Of a DNA stretch of 64,000 nucleotides, positions 26,430-39,194 are shown one piece after another. The position numbers and the translations under genes are program-made. The first letter of the stretch is position 1; each line of letters starts with the position of its first letter. The notes beneath the pieces were generated by a model that was given only the letters and a program-made list of their open reading frames with translations, was not told the DNA's origin and made no database searches. Source of the stretch: Mobula hypostoma (taxonomy: Eukaryota); the NCBI RefSeq assembly GCF_963921235.1, contig NC_086107.1:113028001-113092000 (forward strand), written 5' to 3'.

Positions 26430-26870
26430 TAGATCATAGAACATTACAGGCCCTTCAGTCCACAATGTTGTGTTGATCATGTAACCTATACTAGAAACTG
26501 CCTGGAATTACCCTACCGCAGAGCCCTCTATTTTCGAAGCTCCATGTACCTGTCCAAGAGTCTCTTAAAAGACCCTGTCGTATCCGCCTCCACCATCACT
26601 GGCAGTGCATTCCACACACCCACCACTCTGTGTGAAAAACTTACCTCTGACATCCCCCTGTACCTTCTGTGTGAAAAACTTACCTCTCACATCCCCCTGT
26701 ACCTTCAAGCACCGTAAAACTATAACCCCTCGTGTTGACCATTTCAGCCCTGGGCTATCCACATGATCAATGTCTCTCATCTTTTACACCTCTATCAGGT
26801 CCCCTCTCATCTCCCATCACCCCAAGGAAAAAAGGCCAAGTTCACGCAACCTATTCTCATAAGGCACACA
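26430..26870 (-). mobile_element. CR1 3' fragment with an internal 39-bp tandem duplication
   Basis: CTGTGTGAAAAACTTACCTCT..ACATCCCCCTGTACCTT twice at about 26628-26705. Confidence 0.85.
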
Positions 26871-27515
26871 CATTTACCGTCAAAGTATGCAAGTATGTAT
26901 TTACTGTCAAGTATTATACAACCTTGAGATTCGTCTCCTTACAGGCAGCCACAAAACAAAGAAACCCCAAAAGAACCTGAAAATTGTGTGAAGACAGTCA
27001 ATTATCTGCACTAGGTGTCTGCGCTGATTTTGTTCATTTACAGTTGATCTAAAGAACACAGCAGCATACACTAGATGAATTCCTCCATTGATAGCTATCA
27101 GGAACTAATACACCATTTTATCGCACTGTAGTACTATTCGTAGTGTTCTAATTTGTTCTGTATTTCATGTAAGTAGATAATTTGTTACTCAGTTAGATGG
27201 TAGTTTTTAAACCTTTTTAACTATTTCCATGAAACTTCAGCTAATTGGGGCAGAAGCTTCACTGGGCCAGAATGTACTGCCCCGATGTATCCCAGAGCGG
27301 GGAGTGTGGGAGTGGACTTGGGATAAGGACTAGATAGGCATTGCCTGGGAAGCTGCCTGCCACAGTCAACTTGCTCATGAAAACTCATCAGTTGCTGGAG
27401 GAATTGGAAACTTTAAGCAGTTGGTTGTTTTTTTTTTTGGAAAATGAGAATCAGCTGCTGGGATCTTGGACACTGTAAGCGAGGTGTCCTTTCAGCAACG
27501 GGCACGTGCACTCAC

Positions 27516-27770
27516 CCATCCGCCTTGCTCCTGCAGCCAGGGAACAAACATGTCCATGTACTGCATAGTGTATCCCATCAGCTGCTGCACTGGGTGACTA
27601 CTGATGCCAGCCACCCTCCGAGTAAGTTCCATGGTCAGTGCGATCTTTGTCAGCTCAGGGCTGGTGGCTGGATCTTCCATCTGTTCTTCAACATTGGCTG
27701 TAAAGGCTTCGACCAGCTGCTTAAAACTCCCAAAGGACATCGGACGTTGCAGAATAGGGTCGTCCTTCAC
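27516..27770 (-). CDS. BCL2L12: BCL2L12-like coding exon 5 (VKDDPIL...ELTRRVAG...FVPWLQEQGGW), BH2
   Basis: ORF 27492..27770; tcgtag| acceptor and |gtgagt donor; 255 nt. IALTMELTRRVAG and PWLQEQGGW match BCL2L12 LALAMELSRRVAG and PWIQAHGGW. Confidence 0.95.
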
Positions 27771-29616
27771 CTACGAGAGGACAGGCAAACATTAGTAGGT
27801 TTTCGATGTCAAACCTGCAAAACATTACCGAGGCCACATCTCGGAGACATTGCAGGCCAGCCAACCTTACCTCTTACTGAAACCCTCTAACTTACTGAGC
27901 TAATCCCTTCTCCCTAAGCATCACATCACCAATGGAGGACAATGATATACAAAAGCTTGTTTTAGTTAAAACAAAATCCTTTAAAGGTTCAAAGGTTAAT
28001 TTATGCAATATACAACTCTGAGATTCTTCTTCTCAAGATAGCCACACAACAAAGAAAAAAAACATGGAAGTCAGTTCAGAGAGAAGCAGCAAACCCACCC
28101 CCTCCAGTGCACAAAAAAGTAATGGCAACACAATCATCAACCCCACCCACCCCAAAACCCCCTCCCCCGCACGAAACGCAACAAGAACATCGAACCCCAA
28201 ACCACCAACCCCCTGCACAAAAAAAAATAACAGGCAAAAACACAGAATATGAAAACCATAAAACTGAACAAGTCCAAATCCATGAACACAGAACATTGGT
28301 AACATCCTTCAACATCAGTGAAAAAGAGACACACACACACACGTCTACCCTCCGGGCACAGTGATAGGCAACTTGGGCTCCGTCTCCTGTCCTCTTACTG
28401 GAGTATTATCAAATCCTCCAAGAGGTCCACAACCTTGTCGTGGTTAGAGATTTGCGTACCTCAATGACTGACCCGGACAGCCATGCTGGCTGGAGTCAGG
28501 GCTTTGTGCTTTGGCCCCTGGTAGTGTTACCCATGCCAAACAGGTCAAAGGGTAGAGGCCAGACCAAGTGGTCCACCAGTCCTCCAGGTTCAAGGGATCA
28601 GCTCAGGGCTAACAACCCTGACTAGTAATTTTTCTTTATATAAATGGAAACAGCAATGAAGAATTCTTCTACATCTGACTGAGTGCAACGGTATTCCCGA
28701 GTCTCCACTCGGGACTTGTATGGCTGACAGTAGTGAAAACTGAGATGATTAAGGAAGCCCTGAGATGGAGGTGCTTCACTGCTGCCCTAAACACCACCAG
28801 CATAATGGGCAGTATTAGCAAATAAAAATATTCTGCAGAGTCACATGAGGTTACACTCGGAGGAAAGGACCAAGTCCAAGATATGGCGATAGCTCAGAGT
28901 TTGAAGTACATTATTAAAGTATATATGCAACCCTTCCTGCGGGCAGCCACAAAGCAATAGAATTCACTAAAAAATACCCACACAACAAAGACCGCCAAAC
29001 ACCTAACTGCAAAAAAAGAACACATTATGCAAACAATAAACAAACAACACACAGGACGTGAATCATCGAGTCACTGAAAGACAGTCCACAGCTAAAGTGT
29101 CAGTTCAGTGCTGAGCCGGGTGCCAACGGTAGCAGGCCACAGCCACGGAACCATCTTAGTGCTGGGCCGAATAAAGCCTCTCAGAGCAGTGAGCTGAACA
29201 CTGGCTTGTCCTTCGCACTCAGCCTCGATGACTCCATATTTTAAGCCTGGCTCGGCGGATAAATCGGCGAAACGTTAGACCTTTTTCCGCTCTCAGGCCT
29301 GGGCTCCGCCACTTCGATCTGGCCCCAAGTCCGCTTCAGCAATGGCTGCCATGGCTGTATCTGCACTCTCGCCAGTCCAGTTTGCTGAATCGCCCAGGAC
29401 ACCGCAAAAGCGCAAGGTCGTTCAGACACTTCAAAAGCACCACTCCCGAAGGGGAATTACAGGCTGTGGACTGCAGCGATCGTAGTCCAGAAAAAGTATC
29501 ACAGAACAGTTAGTAGTTTTGTTTGCTGACCACAAGGTGTCGCTGTGTCTCGCCAGTGCCATTGCTCAGTGGTAAACGGAGTCCTGAGGTTCAAGCCTCA
29601 CCATGGCAGTTGACTG

Positions 29617-32600
29617 AGATTCAAGATTCAAAAAACTTTATTGCCATTCTAACCGTACATCAGCTCTGCAGGGCAGAATGAGACAGCGTTTCCCAGGGGC
29701 AGTGCAATCATAACATAACAAACGCAACACTAAATAATAAACATAACAATAAATAGTAAAACACAACTGCCACATGTCAGTTAAGATCAAGTTATAAGCG
29801 TCCAGTGCAAGTTAAAAGTGTCCAAAGCAGAGTCAGGTGGAGCAGCTATTTAGCAGTCTGACTGCCTGTGGGAGGAAGCTGTTTAGTAGCCTTGTGGTTT
29901 TAGTTTTGATGCTCCTGTAACGTTTGCCTGATGGCAGAAGAACAAACAGTTCATGGAGAGGGTGTGAGGGGTCTTTAATGATGTACCGTGTCTTCTGGAG
30001 GCATCGACTCTGAAAGAGGTCTTGGACAGAAGGTAGGGAGACCCCAATAACCTTCTCTGCTCCCCTAACCACCCTCTGCAAGGCTTTTTTGTCGATAGCA
30101 CTGCAGCTGGAGTACCAGGTTGTGATGCAAAAGGTCAGCACACTCTCAACCATGCCTCTGTAGAATGTAGTTAAGATGTTAGTGGGGAGTGATGCTTGTT
30201 TAAGCTTCCTCAGAAAGTGCAATCTCTGCTGGGCCCGTTTCACAATCCCAGTGGTGTTCCTGGACCAGGTGAGATTGTCTGAGATCTGCACCCCAAGGAA
30301 CTTGATGTTTTCCACTCTTTCCACTGTGGAGCCGCTGATGCTGAGGGGTGTGTGCTCAGGCTGAGACCATCTGAAATCGATGATCATCTCCTTGGTTTTG
30401 GTGACATTAAGCATCAAGTTGTTATCCCTGCACCAGCTCTCCAGGTGTTTGACCTCCTCCCTGTACATTGTTTCATCACTTTTGCTGATGAGTCCCACCA
30501 CTGTGGTATCATCAGCAAATTTAATGATCAGGTTCTCCTTGAATCTGGCCGCACAGTCATGTGTTAGCAGTGTAAACAGCAATGGGCTAAGTACACAGCC
30601 TTGTGGGGATCCAGTGCTCAGTGTGATGGAGTCAGAGATGTTCCTGCCAACACGGACTGACTGTGGTCTCTCTGTCAAGAAATCCAGAATCCAGCGACAC
30701 ATGGCAGTGCTAAGGCCAAGCAGCGACAGTTTCTCCACTAGTCTCTGCGGGATGATGGTATTGAACGCTGAACTGAAATCAATGTACAGGATTCTGGCAT
30801 AAGTGTCTTTGTTGTCCAAGTGAGAGAGAACTGTGTGCAGTGTGGTGGATATTGCATCCTCCGTAGAGCGATTTGGACGATAAGCAAACTGCAGAGGATC
30901 CAGTAATGAGGGGAGGCTGGCTGTGGTATGAGGCTTGACAAGCCGTTCAAAACATTTCATCACTATGGGGGGTCAGGGCAACGGGACAGTAATCATTCAG
31001 ATAGGCTACAACTGATTTCTTTGCTACAGGGATGATTGTGGAGGTTTTGAAGCATCTGGGGACAATGGCTTGACTAAGGGAGATGTTGAAAATGTCTGTT
31101 GGAACATCTGCAAATACATCAGCACATTCCTTGAGCACACGTCCAGGGATGTTGTCGGGACCTCCCGCTTTTCGTGGGTTGACCCTGGCAAGCGTCCTCC
31201 GTGTTTGCTCTGGATCAATGATTGGAGCCTGCTGGTCAGATGGTAAAAAGGGACTGGCTCTCCCCCTTGCTGTAGTGTTTGATGCTTGGAAGCGGGCAAA
31301 GAAATTGTTAAGCCTGTCTGGAAGAGAGGCGTCGCTGTCATCAGTTTTCTGCCTGATCTTGTAGTCTGTCAGAGCTTCAATTCCCTGCCACATCCGTCTG
31401 GTGTCACCTGTGTCACAGAAGTGTCCATGTATTTTGCCCGCGTAGGCCCTTTTCACTTTCCTGATCCCTAATGAAAGCGCAGACCAGGCTGAGCGAAGCG
31501 CACTCCTGTCCCCCGATCTGTAGGCTGTGTCATGGGCCTTCAGTAGTGAACGCACCTCTGTTGTCATCCATGGCTTTTTATAACCACGTGCAGTGAAGGT
31601 TTTCATCACAGTGACATCCTCCGTGCATTTGGCTATGTAGCTGATTACTGCCTCCGCATACTCCTCAGTGTCTGTATGGTCGTCATAGGAGGCTGCTGTT
31701 TTGAATATGTCCCAGTCTGTGTGCAAAAAACAGTCTTGTAGTGCTGAGGCTGCTCCTTTTGGCCAGACCCTTATCTCTCTTTTCTCTGCTCTCACACCTT
31801 TAAGCAGTGGTTTATATGCTGGTGTTAGCATGACAGATATGTGGTCAGAGTGGCCAAGATGGGGGCGGGGGGCTGCTTTGTATGCCTGTGGTGTGTTGGT
31901 ATAAACCAAGTCCAGTGTGTTGTCTCCCCTGGTTTTGAAATTTACATATTGCCAGAATTTGGGGAACACAGTCTTTAAGCTGGTGTGGTTAAAGTCCCCA
32001 GAAATCACCACAAAGCTGTCAGGATGTGTAGTCAGGAGCTCACTGATGGCTTCATGTAGGCCTCCCAGTGCTTCGTTAACATTAGCCTTAGCATTGGCAC
32101 TGGGAGCTACGTAAACAGCTGCCACAAGCATGATGGTGAATTCCCTCGGCAGATAGAACGGCCGTCATTTCACAATGAGAAATTCAGCCAGTGGTGAGCA
32201 GTGTTTAGCAGCTACTGTAGGGTTCACACACCAGTCTTTGTTTATATAAACACACAGACCTCCTCCTCGGCTCTTACTGGAGCTAGCTGCCTCTCTGTCT
32301 GCACGAAATGATGCCATTCCCTCTAGCTGTATCGCCGCGTGCGGTATGTTGTCATGGAGCCAGGATTCCATTAAGACATACACACAGCAGTCTTTAAATT
32401 CCTTGCGTGTTTCTCTCAGCAGACGCAGCTCATCCAGCTTGTTGTCGATGGAGCGGACATTTGAGAGCAGGATTGGACGGTACCACTGGCCTGGTGGGGT
32501 TAGTTTTCAGCCTAGCATGGATGCCGGCCCTCTTACCCCTCCTCTGTCTTCTCTCACAGTGCATTCGCTTCCTCCTCCCTCGGGGAGCAGCCGGCTTGGT

Positions 32601-32790
32601 AGCGGATAGTAGTCCGTGGCGGCGTAAACTGTCCATGTCACACCGGAACTCGTCAGTTTTTCCGACACAGCATGCCCTGATGTTAATGAGCATATTCCGA
32701 CTGTATGTTATGCGTCTAGGACAAACAGAACAAACACTAGATACACTTATCACTCCCCGAGGGGCCGCTGCGTCCATGCGCCACCATCTT
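29617..32790 (-). mobile_element. Near full-length Rex1/Babar LINE (basic N-terminal region, APE endonuclease, RT), frameshifted
   Basis: ORFs 32430..32777, 32165..32383, 30947..32131 (SGDFN, LGHSDH) and 29833..30963 ([15 protein letters not shown]); AATAAA and (TTGAATC)n tail. Confidence 0.95.
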
Positions 32791-33879
32791 AGGGGAGTTG
32801 CGGAGTTTCAGGAAAAACAAATCGCCGTTGGAAACAATTACTGGATTGTTGTGTTCATGAAACACTGGAATCACTTGACCGAGCACCAAGGCAGCAGAAA
32901 GCATAGGCAAAAGTCCATGGAGAGGAGGCTGGCTTTCGTGATGGACTGAGCTGTGTCCACAACTTGTGTTCACCTTCTAGCTTGTCTGCCTTCCCCTCCT
33001 CCGAGCTTACTCCGACTTCTCCCCCACTTCCTTTCCAGTCCCGATGATCTGAAATGGCAACTGGTTATTCCTTCCCATAGACGCTGCCTGACCTCCAGCA
33101 GTTTGTGATGCTCCAGCATTTAGTATGTGTGTACACCACTCTGCAGTTTGTTGCGGTCACCGGATAGGACGCTTTCAAATCTATGCTAATTCCATTTTAT
33201 TGAGCCCTCATTCCTCACCTACACACCACAGTGACCAATTTAAGTTTCCGGCCAGCATGCATTTGGTATGTGGTCATAGGGATGACACCGAGGGTCAGGA
33301 TCGAACCTGCCTCACTGGAGATGCAGGCGGTCTCTCCACAAGTTGCACCATTTGTGTTTACTCTCACGGAGACTGAAAAAATTCGGAGAATGTGCCAATT
33401 ACTTGAATTTAAATTCCCAGCTGCCGTGGGGAACTTCAAGCTCGCGTCGCTGATTTGGTAGTTCATGACTCCGATTGTCAGATTAGCAACTTAACCTTTA
33501 TACTCCATGCCTCTTGTGTATTTGCTATTTAATTTCAATTAAGGAGTTAGAATAAAGTTAAAATAAAGAAGCAGAATTAATGACTTTCATATGACAACCC
33601 AGTTAGAAGTATACTATGAGATTAGTGTTCCCTCCAATTTCTTTCAACAGCTGCATGGGCCAACCATTGATATGCGGCAACAAAGGCTACGTGCGTGGGA
33701 GCATTTCAGTTACCCTGTGGTCGAGCATCCCGGTGCATGGGATCCAATTAACACTGCAGTTATATGGGCCAAAAGTATGGATTTAGGAAGGATGACGGGG
33801 AAAATGGGGGAAACCTAGCGGATGAGACCTGATGGAGATTGGGGAGTTGCCTTGTTGGGCACTTTCGCTCCGTCTGCCG

Positions 33880-34445
33880 CAAAAAAAGACAGGCTCTCCC
33901 AGTGGCTAACCACTTCAATTAAACTTCCTGTTCTGACATGACTGTTTGTGACCTCCTTTACTCTCACAATAAGGCCAAATCCAAGTTGGAGGAGCAACAT
34001 CTTGCATTCCATCTGGGTAGATTCCCTGCCTGATGGCATGAATGTCGATTTCTTTAACTTCCAATAATTTCCCTACCCTCTTTCCTATCTTTTTCCATTC
34101 CCTCTTCTCCTCTCCGCCCATCACCTCCCCACTTGTTGCCTTCCTTGTTCCCTTTCATCAATGGTCCTCTGTCCTCTCCTATCAGATTCCTCCTTCTTCA
34201 CCCCTTCATCTCTTCCACCATCACCTCCTAGCTTCTTACATCATCCCACCTCCTCCACCCCCACACTTTCCCCCCTCACCTGGTCTCACCAGCCTGCACT
34301 CCTCCCACTCACCCTGCCATCTTCTTATTCCGGCCTCTGCTCCCTCCCTGATGAAAGGTCTCAGCCCGAAACATCACCCTTTATTCGCCTCCATAGATGC
34401 TGCCCGACCTGCTGAGCTCCCCAGCACTTTGCGTGCGCTACTCAA
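33880..34445 (+). mobile_element. Decayed Penelope-like 3' end (GIY-YIG C-terminal relic plus pseudo-LTR)
   Basis: Similar to 62800-63390 (TTGGAGGAGCAACA..., decayed CTGATGA...GAAAC). Confidence 0.75.
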
Positions 34446-34947
34446 AACTTGGTACAATTTCTCTTTCAAACAGAAGGATGTCCCCCGACAACGGAGAAGA
34501 GGAGGAATTTATTTAGCCAGGGGGTGGTGGAATGTGTGGAATTCATTGCTTCAGACAGCTGTGGATGCCAGGTCACTGGGTACATCGAGAGCAGATCGGT
34601 TCTTGGTTCACAAGGGTATCAAAGGTCAGGTGGAGATGGCAGGGGAATGGGCAGAGGGAAGAAATAAAATAGTGACGACAGAATGGTGGAGAAAACTCCA
34701 TGGGCCGAATCTGTTCCCGTGCCCTATGGTCTAAAAGAGCTGGTACTGAGAGGAGCGCCTGCGTTCTGCAAGTCTCCATAATTCTCAGACATCGCATGGG
34801 AGTACAGCATGTGTCCGATCGCTGAATCTAGCTCATAAGCTCCTGGGCACGGTCACTGTGGCATTAGAACTTCGAATAACATTTCTCCGTTACGAGGAAG
34901 CAGGTTCACGGGTTTGGTGAGCGAGACAGAAGACACCGACTATGAAT

Positions 34948-35540
34948 AAACATAGAAACATAGAAAATAGGTGGAGTAGGCCATTCGGCCCTTCAAGCCT
35001 GCACCGCCATTCAGTATGATCATGGCTGATCATCCAACTCAGAACCCTGCACCAGCCTTCCCTCCATACCCCCTGATCCCCATAGCCACAAGGGCCATAT
35101 TTAACTCCCTCTTAAATATAGCCAATGAACTGGCCTCAACTGTTTCCTGTGGCAGAGAATTCCACAGATTCACCACTCTCTGTGTGAAGAAGCTTTTCCC
35201 TAATCTCAGTCCTAAAAGGCTTCTCCTTTATCCTCAAACTGTGACCCCAACAGTTCCCCAACATCGGGAACAATCTTCTAGCATCTAGCCTGTCCAATCC
35301 CTTTAGGATTTTATACGTTTCAATAAGATCCCCCCTCAATCTTCTAAGTTCCAGAGAGTATAAGCCTAGTCGATCCAGTCTTTCATCATATGAAAGTCCT
35401 GCCATCCCAGGAATCAATCTGGTGAACCTTCTTTGTACTCCCTCTATGGCAAGAATGCCTTTCCTCAGATTAGGGGACCAAAACTGCGCACAATACTCCA
35501 GGTGTGGTCTCACCAAGGCCTTGTACAACTGCAGTAGTAC
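34948..35540 (-). mobile_element. Young CR1 3' fragment, same subfamily as 3331-4148
   Basis: ORF 35136..35618 is nearly identical in its CR1 part; (CATAGAAA)n tail. Confidence 0.95.
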
Positions 35541-35719
35541 AAAAGCATATTCAACATTTATGTACAAACGGTAAAAGATTTGACCAAATATCCAAGTCCC
35601 CCCCCCCCGAAAGTACACAGCCTACCAAACTAAATATTTCACAAACAGATTCTGCACTTGCTTTACGCCCATGACTGTGTGGCTCAGTATAGCTCCTACA
35701 CCACATACAAGTTTGCCGT

Positions 35720-36790
35720 ATCAACGCTGGTGACAAATCGGCACACAGGAGGGAATTTGAAAATGACAATGGCATCATAACAGCAATCTCACTCAATGTC
35801 AACAAGACCAAGGAACTGATTGGAGACTTCAGGAGAGGGAAACCAGAGGCCCACGAGCCAGTCCTCATTTGGAGGGCCAGAGGTGGAGGGGGTTAGTAAT
35901 TGTAAATTCCTGAATGTTACTATTTCACAGGACCTGTCCTGGACCCAGCACACAAGTGCAATTACAAAGAAAGCATGACAGCCTCTACTTCCTTAGGAGC
36001 CTGCGGAGATTTGACATGACAGCAAGAACTTTGACAAACTTCTATAGATGTGTAGTGGAGAGTGTATTGACTGGCTGCATCACGGACTAGTATGGAAACA
36101 CCAATGCCTTTGAATTACCGGAGCATCAAAACTAAAACCACAAGGCTACTAAACAGCTTCCTCCCACAGGCAGTCAGACTGCTAAATAGCTGCTCTACCT
36201 GACTCTGCTTTGGACACTTTTAACTTGCACTGGACACTTATAACTTGATTTTAACTGACATGTGGCTGTTGTGTTTTACTATTTGTTGTTATGTTTATTA
36301 TTTAGTGTTGCGTTTGTTATGTTATGATTGCACTGCTCCTGGGAAACGCTGTCTCATTCTGCCCTGCAGAGCTGATGTACGGTTAGAATGACAATAAAGT
36401 TTTTTGAATCTTTTTTGAATCTTTAAAATCCGACAAAAGGTAGTGGATTCAGCCCAGTACATCACGGGTAAAGCCCACCCAACCGTTGAGCACATCTACG
36501 TGAAATACTGTCATAGGAAAGCAGCATCCATCACCAGAGACCCCCGCCACCCAGGCCTTGCTCTCTTCTTGTTGCCGCCATTAGTTAAAAGGTACAAGAG
36601 CCTCAGGACTCGCACCACCAGGTTCAAGAACAGTTACTACCCCTCAACCATCAGGCTCTTGAACAAAAGGGGATAACTACATTCATTTGCTCATCCATTG
36701 AGATGTTCCCACAACCAATGATCTCACTTTAAGGACTCTTTATCTCACGTTCTCAACTTTTACTGCTATTCATTTATATTTGCATTTGCA
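35720..36790 (+). mobile_element. Old Rex-like LINE fragment interrupted by a younger Rex 3' end (about 36117-36423)
   Basis: The insert is the reverse complement of about 29620-29920; the host resumes in ORF 36443..36676. Confidence 0.85.
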
Positions 36791-37116
36791 CAGTTTGTTG
36801 TCTTCTGGCTGATCTTTCATTGACTCTGTTCGAGTTACTAGCCATTCTAAATCTGCAGCGTACTTTCCCAATGGTCGTGACCTCAGCGTGAGGATGAAGG
36901 AGAGACAAGAGCCCCCCACACATGCTATTCTTATACCCCTGCAAGGTGCCTAAAGTTGGATACCCCTGCTGTGGCATACGAGGCAACCTATGGGAAAGTG
37001 CTGCCGCATATTTCAAACGGGCCAACCGACGACCGGCACGGAAGAAGCGGCTTTTGACAACCCCCTGCCCACACGCAACAGCACACCTAACCTCGGTGCG
37101 CACTGGTGCCCCTCAC

Positions 37117-37196
37117 CTTCTCGTTGATTTGGTCTCCTTGATCCTGCAGCACCTGCACGATCCTCTCGATTGCGCTCTGATGGATGTTATTTTTGG
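37117..37196 (-). CDS. BCL2L12: BCL2L12-like coding exon 4, BH3 exon (AKNNIHQSAIERIVQVLQDQGDQINEK)
   Basis: Not in the ORF track. ttgctctag| acceptor and |gtgagg donor; 80 nt, phase 1-0; L-x3-G-D BH3 core. Confidence 0.9.
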
Positions 37197-37265
37197 CTAG
37201 AGCAAGTCAAAGGACAGTGGACGTGAGATCGGACATTTCTCGAGAATTTCGTCATTCCTCCTAAT

Positions 37266-37816
37266 AGTCATAGGCATACTTTATTGATCCCGAGGGAAAT
37301 TGGTTTTCGTTACAGTTGCACCATAAATAAATAGTAATAAAACCATAAATAAATAGTAATATGTAAATTATGCCAGGAAATAAGTCCAGGACCAGCTTAT
37401 TGGCTCAGAGTGTCTGACCCTCCAAGGGGGGAGTTGTAAAGTTTGATGGCCACAGGCAGGAATGACTTCCTATGACGCTCTGTGCTGCATCTCGGTGGAA
37501 TGAGTCTCTGGCTGAATGTACTCCTGTGCCCACCCAGTACATTATGTAGTGGATGGGAGACATTGTCCAAGATGGCATGCAACTTGGACAGCATCCTCTT
37601 TTCAGACACCACCGTCAGAGAGTCCAGTTCCATCCCCACAACATCACTGGCCTTACGAATGAGTTTGTTGATTCTGTTGGTGTCTGCTACCCTCAGCCTG
37701 CTGCCCCAGGACACAACAGCAAACATGATAGCACTGGCCACCACAGACTCGTAGAACATCCTCAGCATCGTCTGGCAGATGTTAAAGGACCTAAGTCTCC
37801 TCAGGAAGTAGAGACG
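37266..37816 (-). mobile_element. Rex/Babar-like LINE 3' fragment
   Basis: ORF 37397..37825 (SRLYFLRRLRSF...HPLH...RKSFLPVAIKLYN). Confidence 0.9.
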
Positions 37817-39068
37817 GCTAATCAACGGTCTACTCTCATTCTCAAGACAGGGGACAGATCCATCTCTTTATTCCAGAACTAGAAATGCAAGAGCTATAAT
37901 CTACCAAGAACAATACCTAGAAGCTTTGAGTCCCATTTATACCTTCCATTCTTCTCAACCCTCCACCGATTTTTCTCTTCTCCCCCACCCCTTTCTCCGC
38001 AACTTTAGACTTTCTAAAAATAAATCTCTAACTTTCCACAGTTAGTCATAGAGGCATAGAAAATAACAGTACAGAAACAGGCTCTTCTGCCCATCTAGTC
38101 TGTGCCAAACCATGTTTATTGAGATACAGTGCAGAACAGGCCCTTCCAGCCACACCGCCCAGCAATCCCCAGATTTAATTTTTGCCTAATCATGGGACAA
38201 TTTACAATGACCAATTAACCTACCAACCGGTAGGTCTTTGGACTGTGGGAGGAAACCAGAGCACCCGGAGGAAACCCACGTGGTCACAGGGAGAACGTAC
38301 AAACGGCTTACAGGCAATGGCGGGAATTGAACCCGGGTCGCTGGTACTGTAAAGCGTTGTGCTGACCACTATGCTACTGTGGACTCCAACTGCCTGCTCC
38401 CATCGACCTACACTAGGACCCACAGCCCTCCAAACCCCTACCATCTATGTACCTGTCCAAACTTCTCTTAAACGTTGAAATCGAGCTCGCATACACCACT
38501 TGTGCTGGCAGCTCGTTCCACACTCTCATGACCCTCCGAGGGAAGATGAAAGATCATCAACTCAAAACGTTCTCTCTCCACAGACACTCCCTGCTTTGTG
38601 AGTATTTCCAGTATCAGATATGTTTTACTTCTAAATTTACCTCAATTTCTATATTCCTCAAACACCAGGACTGTTTCAGTCCTTCCCCCAGCTGTTACCT
38701 AGTTAAGGGTGACTAGGACCAAGGCCAAGGTTCATCTTGCTGGTTAATGGTTGACAACAATTAACCATTATAACCATTAGCTGTGAAACCATGCACTGTT
38801 TTCCCACTGCAGGCCAAGGCTTTTCCCTTGGGGCTTTCGACCGGCAGATAGCGCTACATCACCCCACCCATCACAATTCTCAAAGCCGATACCTTTCTTC
38901 CCAGGTACATCAGACCTCCAACACTAGACCATTCCCCCCTTCCTCTCCAATCCTACTCCCCCCCCCCCACCGCCAAACACTGACGCTCTCCCCCCCCCCC
39001 CCCACCACCGTGCTCGGTGCTGGATCACATCTTCTCCCACCAGATCCCAGGTACCACATCACCGTTAC

Positions 39069-39194
39069 CTGTCACTGGTCCCTGGAAATGGATGCCTGGA
39101 CTAAAGTAATCATTCCCAGTCCGGGTGCAGCATTTCTGTGCCAACTTTTCCAGCTTCTTTGCCGCTTCTGTGTAGAATTCCGAACTTTCAACCT
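39069..39194 (-). CDS. BCL2L12: BCL2L12-like coding exon 3 (EVESSEFYTEAAKKLEKLAQK...GPVT)
   Basis: tttcag| acceptor and |gtaacg donor; 126 nt, phase 1-1; FYTEAAKKLEKLAQ aligns with FYALVAQRLEQLVQ. Confidence 0.9.
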
